This document shows, piece by piece, positions 13,001-22,100 of a stretch of DNA of 64,000 nt. A program made the translations under genes and the position numbers. Under the pieces are notes generated by a model. The model was given only the letters and a program-made list of their open reading frames with translations, was not told the DNA's origin and made no database searches. How positions within the stretch are numbered: the stretch's first letter is position 1; every line of letters begins with the position of its first letter. Source of the DNA: Octopus bimaculoides. Taxonomy: Eukaryota. The stretch lies in assembly GCF_001194135.2 (NCBI RefSeq), contig NC_068990.1:92158514-92222513 (forward strand), read 5' to 3'.

Positions 13001-14521
13001 AGTCAAACTGTCCAACTCATGCTAGCATAGAAAATGGATGCTAAAGGATGATGATGATGATGATATATATATATATATATTAACCAATACTAACCTGTCT
13101 AGTAACAGTAATTTCATCATATTGTTCATAGCCTAAAGGACCATGCTTCTTGTCTAAATTGTCAAACACAATACTGACAGTAGCTTTTGTAACTCCAGCT
13201 TGGCCACTCTTGTATACAAGGTCCTGAAGGTTGGTAGCACGAACCTAAAGAGAACAGTAATTACATATATCAATAATAATCATTGAACTGAGTGGATTAA
13301 ATATATCATAGAATATCAGGTAAGGTAAATAAACAGAAAAAGTACACAAATATATTTTACATACCTGTCGTATACGTCGGTTTTGTTTAAACAAACATTT
13401 TTTAACTAATACAAGATTTCACATAAGATCAATGAAGAACACAAACACGTACTGAAACAGTGACTAAACTTATGTTATTATAAACAAAACCGACGTATAC
13501 GACAGGTATGTAAAATATATTTGTGTACTTTTTCTGTTTATTCTTAATCTTCGTGTTTTTGCAAGATTGAACAAGAAAGTTTCGGAAAGCTAACATTTAA
13601 AAATTCTTCGGGAAGCGACACTGTGATAGTTTCTATATTTAACCGTGCGTGTATATTCCTATTTTTGCTCCTGTTCTCTTCTACTTCTCTACTTGAAACG
13701 TTTACTTTGGAATTTACTTCTATTGAGAAAAATAAAATCGTGTGAATTGTTATTTTGAACGAAAGTTTTATGACTGGTTCTCTTCACTGTCTAGAAATCT
13801 ACGGATGCACATACGCACGTAATAGAGAAAAATGAAACAAATATGGACGACTTGCTCCGAAACACCACCGAGTGGGGAACGCTTCTCAAAAATAACCTGC
13901 AGTTGTTTCCTTCAAAATTCCTACATGCTCGAAATGTACATACATCAAGGTATATTTGTAGAAAATTTCACGAAAAAATATTGATTTTCCTGGAAGTTAA
14001 GAAGAATTTAAGTGGGCTCCGTTGGAATTTCCGAAAATTGTCCTCCACCCCCATTCCAAAACACTTTCACCGGAAATTTTTGTATATTCGGATTCTACAT
14101 AGTAAATATTATATGCATAGAAAATTTCATTAAAAAATATTCATTTTTCTGAAAGTTATGACCTCCCAAAGTCTGGGGGGTAAAACCCTGTAGTTATGCC
14201 CCGCCCGTTAGATAGAAACAAAACACGACTGATACGGGAATAGATCTTATATGACATAAACGATAACCTATATACCTGTGATAAATTATAGATACATACA
14301 TATATATATATATAGATGTAGTGAAATAAAGGAGTATATATGTAAATATATACCTGTGACAAGTTGGATATCCCCAGAAGGAAACATATCGAATCTAAAA
14401 TATTCGATTTCCCACTTCCATTTAAACCAGTAATGGCATTGAATAGATGATCGAATCCATTAATCTCTGTTCGTTGAGCATATGACTTGAAACCGTCAAT
14501 AACAATTGATTTAATATACAT
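751..14521 (-). CDS. SMC2: Structural maintenance of chromosomes protein 2 (condensin core subunit); N-terminal ~752 codons, gene continues beyond position 1
   Basis: Coding exons in transcript order: 14521-14354, 13244-13095, 12545-12384, 11966-11856, 10979-10842, 10274-10197, 9674-9612, 8343-8194, 7162-6973, 6393-6339, 6012-5892, 5503-5385, 4439-4301, 3382-3236, 2445-2241, 1962-1827, 875-751 (2257 nt). All introns are GT-AG and the phases chain without a stop. The protein starts [14 protein letters not shown] and has Walker [11 protein letters not shown]-loop [19 protein letters not shown], coiled coil, and hinge motifs [17 protein letters not shown] and GTLTGG, all typical of SMC2. Confidence 0.97.
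4911..5350. mobile_element. Two family R copies in opposite orientation in an SMC2 intron
   Basis: Minus copy begins CATCATCATTTAACGTCCG at 4911; plus copy ends ...GACGTTAAAT(GAT)n near 5350. Confidence 0.75.
6449..6870 (+). mobile_element. Internally deleted R4/Dong-like (RLE) non-LTR retrotransposon remnant in an SMC2 intron
   Basis: Translates as [32 protein letters not shown]...[18 protein letters not shown] (early RT), joined to [38 protein letters not shown] (zinc knuckle/RHD region before the endonuclease). Contains stops. Confidence 0.8.
8560..8930. mobile_element. tRNA-derived SINEs with a Meta-like central domain (family M): minus fragment plus plus-strand copy
   Basis: GCGAGCTGGCAGAAACGTTAGCACGCC.GGC.AAATGCTTAGC.GTATTTCG...TTCTGAGTTCAA...TTTGCCTTTCATCCTTTCG.GG.TGATAAATTAAGTACCAGTT. 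The Meta-domain assignment is from memory of the motif. Confidence 0.75.
9963..10046. repeat. (TA)n microsatellite in an SMC2 intron
   Basis: Directly visible. A similar tract lies at about 1056-1092. Confidence 0.98.
12130..12345 (-). mobile_element. RTE-clade LINE reverse transcriptase fragment
   Basis: [31 protein letters not shown] resembles the RT motif QFGFMPGRSTTDAIFILRQLQEK. Confidence 0.65.
13328..13542. repeat. Perfect 62-bp inverted repeat with 91-bp spacer (SMC2 intron 1)
   Basis: 13328-13389 is the exact reverse complement of 13481-13542 (checked base by base). Confidence 0.95.
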
Positions 14522-14829
14522 AATGTTGTTCTCGTTGTAACTCCAGAATATGGTCTTCTTCTTGAATTTCTTCGTTTTATCGTAAATGGCGCCTTAATTG
14601 TCAACAGTTGATCACGCATGCGCATTGAGTGCTTCCGCTCTCCAGGCACATGCTTCTCAACATGGCAGACGCAACTGTTGACAGGTTGTTTCACTATTTT
14701 GTTATTCTTTATTTCTACATATTCCATCATCTAACTGACTTGTGGTCAGTCGTGTTCCAACCGTAATGATTCCGTATTATATATATATATTCGTTAACAT
14801 TATTCGCTGTGTACGTTTTTCTTTCATTT
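14522..14829. promoter_or_regulatory. Candidate bidirectional promoter between SMC2 and DPH2
   Basis: CpG-retaining 308-bp interval between the divergent ATGs. Contains YY1-like AAATGGCG (14584-14591), NRF1-like CGCATGCGCA (14615-14624) and ETS-like CTTCCG (14632-14637). No TSS data available. Confidence 0.55.
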
Positions 14830-16100
14830 ATGACAGGAAGGTATTTTGAGTAAGTTTTTGGCTGCTATTTCTACCAGCGCAAGTGCCCACGTAGGGTCTC
14901 CTTCGTATTTCTTTTGCTTAATTGTTTTGTGTATGACTGTGTTAACAATAGAATTGTCTTTACATGGCTGTGTGATTTAGTTCGATTCCACTTTGCGGTT
15001 GCTTTGGCCAAACAAACTTTTGTAAACAGAGACAATGGAAGCCCGTCGTCGTATTTCGCTTGTTCATTTCATCCCTCACCCGGTTTAATAATCACCAAGT
15101 GAACGACGTCTGTCTTAAGCGGTGCCCGCTCTGTAGCAAGCATTCAAGCTAGACTTTTTGCTTAATGATAACTTTTTCCCATCAATCTCAGAAACTTCCC
15201 TAAAAGGGCCATTGTTTCAGCCCACCATCGTCTGATAAAAATATTTAAAGAAGTACACACTAGTTGCTGGTTTCGAAAGCACCTGAGAAGGAGGGGCAGC
15301 CCTTTTCGGTCTGTTGTAGGCGAAAGTAAACAATACGTACATCCGGTGTTTAGGGTTAGGGTTTTTGTTACGCTGAGAACGGGTGGTGTATGTATTCGTT
15401 ACCTCCGCCTTGTTGTATAAGCCTATTTAGGCTTGAGGGTCCATAGTAGGGACAGCTAAATAAAGAGCTGTGCCGAGCGGTACACACGAGTTACGCCATT
15501 TCTTTTGTTGTTTCAAGAAGAATTTGAATTAACTCAGACCGTAGAGTGTCGAACTAAATAATTAGTCCTTGTAAGTTTGTTTCTTTTTTTTTTTTAACTG
15601 CTGTAATTTAAAACTAACGAGCAATTACATTGTATAACTAAATAGTTAATGTAAAATAATTTCTTTTTCTAAGACTAAATTAGATTTGTCTACTTTCAGT
15701 TTTGCTATTAGACTAGACTCTCACCGAATACATTTCTTATTACAAAAACGTTCCAGTCGTGACCATGTGTCTTATTTTTTCTTTATTCGAATATAATGAA
15801 TCTAGGACTGCATTATTCAATGTACCATTAAAAAAAAACAGTGTAATTTAAGGGAGACCTTGCTGTTATTTCTAGCAGGTCAAACAATCACATAAAGGCT
15901 TTCTTGTTAGCGTGTCGTATGAAGAATTACTTCCAATTTCACTCTTTAAATGCACAGCAAGTAATCTCCAATGAACTATACTAAATTATTCCATTATTGC
16001 AGAGCGGTATTTCGGTGGAACTACTCCAAAACTCTACCATTATTTCTATTGTTTAAAAAACCCACTTTAATTCCATTTGCAAAACCGAAACACAAAGCAA

Positions 16101-16132
<32 letters not shown>

Positions 16133-19100
16133 ACTCTGCAATAAGTTTTTGTACAATGGACTGTATTTTTATTTACATACACAAAAGGTGACGGGTTGTT
16201 TTATATAAAGGTTGGGGCAAAATGAGTAATTTCTGATTTTTTTTGTTATTTGCTTCCTACTAGTTTTAAATGATTACATTGCAAGTATTGCATCATCTTC
16301 AGGAATAAAACTTAGTTAGCATAGTTGTTAATGAAGTTGAGACAGTTTGGAACATCGGTGATAGTTACTTTTTTTTTCTTCAAGAAATTTTTCAACTTTG
16401 ACCCAATTGTAATTGAGGTTGCCCTTAAAATATCTGGATAATTTTTGGTAGCTAAATTTGTCTTTACATGCTTCAAATTTTGGTGAGGTCATCTTTACCT
16501 TTCATTCTTCCAAGGGTAAGTTTTTTGTTCTCCAATTCAAACTTACGTCTTTGTAGACTGACCAAGGTATTGAAGAATAAAAGCATTAAAAGACAATTTT
16601 TTTAATTCTACGTTTGATTTTTTGTATTTTATTAATTCTTTATGCTTTTCCTTTTTACAGTGAAAATGCTCCCCTCCTCCCTGTGGCATTCAGTAGTATC
16701 AATGACGTACGATTCCAAAAAGATGTCTCTGAGGAATCCTCTTTGCATTCTCCAACATCCAGCACTAACCTTATTGAGAAGTATGAACTCGTCAGATGTC
16801 TGCAATGGATAACAAACAATGGCTTTCAAAGAGTAAGGCAAACTAATACAGTTCTATATTTAAGAGATGAGGAATTATGTACATTTGACAGATATTTGTT
16901 CTCATCTTGTTTGTTGTTAATACAGAGTTTCAACTGATATACCCTCCAGCCTGATGAAGGCTGGAGGGTATATCAGCTGAAACGTTGTGTTAACAACAAA
17001 CAAGATGAGGACAAATATCCGTCAAATGTAAATAAAAAGGCAAACTGTTTTGGATAATTAAAAATGACAGGTTTAATAATTTGGAGCTGAAATGCTCTCC
17101 TGATTGAGTAGACCTATAAAGAAAGGTGTTCCTGCCGTAACAATTGTATTTCTTTCAAGTAGACCTGGTTTCTCACTGAGAACCTCTCCACTACATTATA
17201 CATGTCCTTCACTAAGATGATTGATTCTATGGAGATTTTGTTGTTATTTTGTGCAAGTCAAGTGACAACATAGAATCTGCTCCATCAGCTGTGGTGGCTT
17301 TAGTAGTTGTTATAAGTAGACACAGTCTCACCGGGATCGTTTAAGCAAGGGAGATAATTCCAATACAATCAGCTGATTGAAATTTATTATCATTATAAGA
17401 CAGCATAGATTGGAGAGGAATGATGGTGGGTGGGGATTGGGTGGGACATCAGTGCTGATAGTTGTAGGGGTGTTGATAATACTGGCAGTGAAGTGTGCAA
17501 GTAATAGTATTAACCAGTTTCTCATTTGTCTCAACCACCAGGTGTCACTTCAGTTTCCTGATGAATGTCTGGTCGACTCTGCTGCTATAACAGCATGGCT
17601 TGATGGGAATGTTTCTGGCAAGGTATTTGTTCTTGGAGACACGTCTTATGGCAGGTGAGTTCTCTTTTATGTTGACTTCCTTCCACCAAAGGGTTTTGTT
17701 TCTTATTATAATTGCCACAATTACCTTATGTTTACAAACAGGCTTGAGTTACAACCTGTTCCCTGCTTACATATGTTTGCATACATACTGACAGACATAT
17801 ATATATATGGAAGATCTTGATATTTTTCTCTTATTCATGTAGCAAACTATTACCTTCAACTAATCTTACCAAGATTCATTTCCAAACATATTTCAAACAA
17901 ATGCAAAGAGAGCAAGCAGGAATGAGGATAACTAAAGATGCTCTGACATCACAAACTCTTGCTGTCTTCATATTCTTCCTCTCCCCCTTCCTCTTCATGC
18001 TTGACTTTCTACTTTCTCTCCTCCATGTTTACTTCAACTCTCACTCTTTATTAATTTATCACTTTTCAAAATCCTCTCTCTTCCTCTTCCTCTGTCTATC
18101 TTTCTCCATTCACCGTTATCAACACCAATGTCTCTGCCACCACTACCAACTATTTCACTTACTTCCCTTAGTCTGGCACAAAAGGCAAGTAGACAGGTAA
18201 GAACGCAGTGTTACATTAATGTATGTATTTTAGTTAATTACTATCTATCTTAATTACAGCCCATCTAAATTAATTTCTGTCTATTTTATTCCTACGAACA
18301 GCTGCTGTGTCGATGAAGTATCTGCCCAACATTACACTGCTGATAGTATCATACATTTTGGCTACACTTGTCTCAGTCCAACAAAACGATTACCTGTTCT
18401 GTATATATTTGGAAGATATTCTATTGATGTCGAAGATTGTTGTGCAAAGTTTCAAGAAATCATACCAGATCCCATGTCAAAGGTCATCATCTATTACGAT
18501 GTTAGATACTCACATGCTGTTGGTAATTATTGTTCTTATATTTGGTGATGTCTATATTATATTTATGTATTATGTTGGTGATATTATTATTATTATTATT
18601 ACAGGCTCATGGGTGCTGGTGCCACGTAAAATGCGCCCATGCTAGTATTGCATGAAAGCACCTAGTACATTTTGTGAAGTGGTTGGCATTAGGAAGGTCA
18701 TCCAGCCATAGAAACCATGCTGAAACAAACATGGAGCCTGGACAGCTCCTGTCAAACCATCCAACCCATGCTAGCATGGAAAAAGGATTATTTACATTTG
18801 ACGGATATTTGTCCTCATCTTGGTTGTTGTTAACACAATGTTTCGGCTGATATACCTTCCAGCCTTCATCAGGTGCCTTGGGTTCTCATTCCTAAGGTAT
18901 TTTTCAATGTTAGACGATTGTGCTGATATGGTCATGGCATAAACTTGATGGTGGCATATTGTATGGTAACCTGTGAATGTTGTGTAATGTGGAAAGCAGG
19001 CTGTGAGTGTGATAGGATGAACGTATTTCATCCAGTTTGCTACCCAACCTGGTCTGTTGTTATTTTAATGTTGTTCGTAACCAAAGTTGATATTGGTAAT

Positions 19101-22100
19101 TAGTTGAAATGTTGTAGGTTCGATTTCTTGATATTTATTCTAAAACGTTGCAATATGGCAGAACATTCTGCTTTCGAGACAATATTGAGGCTGAGACTTG
19201 TTTTGTGTTTTTTACAGATGATTTCAAAGCTGGTATAACCGTCTATGAGAATGTCTTGATAACTAAACTGAATGTCCCAACAGATAAATTAGCTGAAGAG
19301 AATGACCAGGGAAATCAAGAGGGATTCTCAAACCACTCTATATGTGGCCGGATATTTACTGTTCCTGATAATGCAACCATTTCTGACTATTCTATATTCT
19401 TCATTGGTGAAGAAGGATTATTACTGACCAACTTAATGTTTTCATTTCCTAAATGCCCACTATTTTTCTACAACACAGTGTCAAAAGAAGTTCGTCAGGA
19501 AACATTAATTAACAAAAAACTAATGAGAAGATATTACATGATTGAAAGAATCAAAGATGCCAATATTATTGGTATTGTAGTTGGTACTCTTGGTGTGTCT
19601 GATTATCTCCAGTGTGTCCACAGAATGGAATCCATTATTAAGAAAGCAGACAAAAAAAGTTACACATTTGTGGTAGGGAAACTCAATGTTGCCAAGTTGT
19701 CCAATTTCTTAGAAATCGACATTTTTGTTTTAGTCGCATGTGCTGAGAACAGTCTCATAGACTCTAAGGAATTCTTTAAGCCTATTGTGACACCATTTGA
19801 AGTTGAAATTGCACTGAATTCTTCCCGAGAATGGACTGGTGATTACTATACTGACTTCCGACCACTTCTTCCTGGTAAGATATATTATATATCTCTAATG
19901 TAAGGTGTGTATAACTTCTGTAGAATTATATACACCTTATATGTGTCTTCATGTAGTTGTGTATTTAGGAGCAACAGAGCTTGAAAGAGGCCCTCGAAGT
20001 CCAGGGTATAAAAAGAGGAACTGAACCGAACAAGTTGATGAAACATCTTTTATTATAAACTGCTAATGCTGTTTATAAATGTCAACTGAAATTTCTTGTG
20101 GTGCCTATTTACAGTTGAGTGGACTGAGTCACTTGAGAATTAAATGACCGAATTGTGGACATTGTTTGGTACTGGTCTTGATACTTGGACTGTAAACTTG
20201 GTAGAAGCATGGCAGTGTGGTTGAGAATCCTGCAACCATGTGGCCTCAGGTTGTCTCACTGCTTGTGCCTTCTTCTAAAGTTCCAGGCCAACCAAAACTT
20301 TGTGAGTGAATTTGATCGGCAAAATCTGAAAGAAGCCTCTGTGTGTGTGTGCTTATCTTGACATCTTGTGATGACATTGTTTTCATAAATTGATGTCTGT
20401 TCATGGGGAAATTTTACCTGATTTGGGAACATGGTGACAGGAAGGACATCTGGCCCTAGAAAACTGGCCTCAACAAATTCCACCTGGCCCTTGAAAGCAT
20501 GAAATGAGGATGATGACAAACCTTTAGGTTAATGGGCCCACAAAATATCAACTTAAACAGAGCAGTTGCTCTCTTCTAGGGATTGAACCCAGAAAGTCAG
20601 AATATTTATTAAAATGAAATAACACATCGTGAGAGTATGTGAATTAACTTTCTTGTATTACAATTATTATTTAACAATTGCAGCATGGAAGGTGTTTATA
20701 AACCATTTAAAAACACAAAAACCGTTAGATTCACTTCAACATTTAAATTTAATTTGCCAAAATATTTTCACTGCTTTGAGGCCGTGACCTGTTCACTGAC
20801 AAAATTCCAGCATGGAATGCCCTTCCTAATGCCAACCACTTTACAGTGGGCAATGAATACCTTTTTCATGCCACTAGTACTGTTGAGGTCACCATATAAA
20901 AAAAACCTTGGGGGAGATTGTGTGTGTGTGCATATACACATGCATGTCTCTGTACATTACTGTCTCCTTGCTTTGACATTGCATAATTGTTGCCAGCGTA
21001 TCACTGGTATGCTAGTGGTGTCCTTCATTTTCAGTTTTCCACGGAGAGATTTTACCTTGCTTGCAAATAGACGAAGGTTCATGACAAGAAGGACATACAG
21101 TCGTAGAAAACTCACCCTTCTAGGTTCTGTTAAGCAGATGAGATATCAACATTTATTTGTCTGGTTAAATCTTTACCATACATCTACAGAAAACTAAATG
21201 AAATGAGCCCTTTGCATTCGTACCCTTTGGGATAAAGAATTGTTCTGTGACTGAAGGGGCCTGTTATAAATTTTACATATTTTAATTGTTAAAGGTTTTG
21301 TTTCCCTGCAGTATCATTGTTTATTCTCTCTCCAGGTGCCATTGCCCATGTTCCTCTTTCTGATGGCCCATTTGATAATACAGATGTGTCATTGATCACA
21401 GGAAAACTACGGACATTAGGTCAAAGTGATAATCAACCAGAACCATCAGACACCATCATTGCCAGACCAGAAGCACTTTCTGTTACCACAGTGAAAGCCA
21501 AAGATGCAGGTTTGTTTTTAATTATTTTTTTTTTTTCAGATGTTTACTTCTGGTGTAGTTAAGTGCATCTCTTTAGATAAGTAGAGGTTTTAAGAGCATG
21601 TGTGTAGTTCTGGTTTAAGGCCTAGAATTTAGCTCTGGTTTACGGTCCAGGGTCTAGTGTTAGAATTGTTTGTATTGACATTGTTGAGTTCTGAACATGT
21701 AGGTATTGTCGAATCATTCAGCTACTTTATGCTGATAATTGTGCTCTTATAATAGAATTGGAGAAGAAATTCCAGGCATGGAAGCAAAACCTGGAATCAA
21801 AGAACCTTGAAGTTAACCTAGCAGCTGTAAAAACCATGCTAAAGCAGATCCCCTCACTCTTCACAACTCCCCTGTTGGTAGGCCCCCTCTCTCTCTATAT
21901 ATATTTCCATCCAAATCTCTCCATCCTAGTCCTACTGAAATAGCCAAGTATCTTCTCTGAAGAAAGACAGCTGTCTCTGTCTCTCTGTCATACTCTCAGC
22001 TCTTGCCTGGCACACAGTCACTTTTCTCAGTTCCACTCCCCCTCTCAGCAGAGGGGTCTTGATTTGAAACCTACTTTGCAACCCCACTGGTGCTGGTGTT

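Noticed and set aside
13430-13465. Hammerhead in the spacer of the 62-bp inverted repeat
   Set aside because: TGAAGA and GAAAC are present, but there is no C3, no coherent stem II and no valid NUH.
15350-15361. Interstitial telomere
   Set aside because: Only two TTAGGG units; kept only as a possible promoter motif.
19148-19217. N-terminal part of the 251-aa ORF as a gene start
   Set aside because: It is intronic. A strong acceptor (TTTTTTACAG) at 19217 matches the phase of the preceding DPH2 exon.
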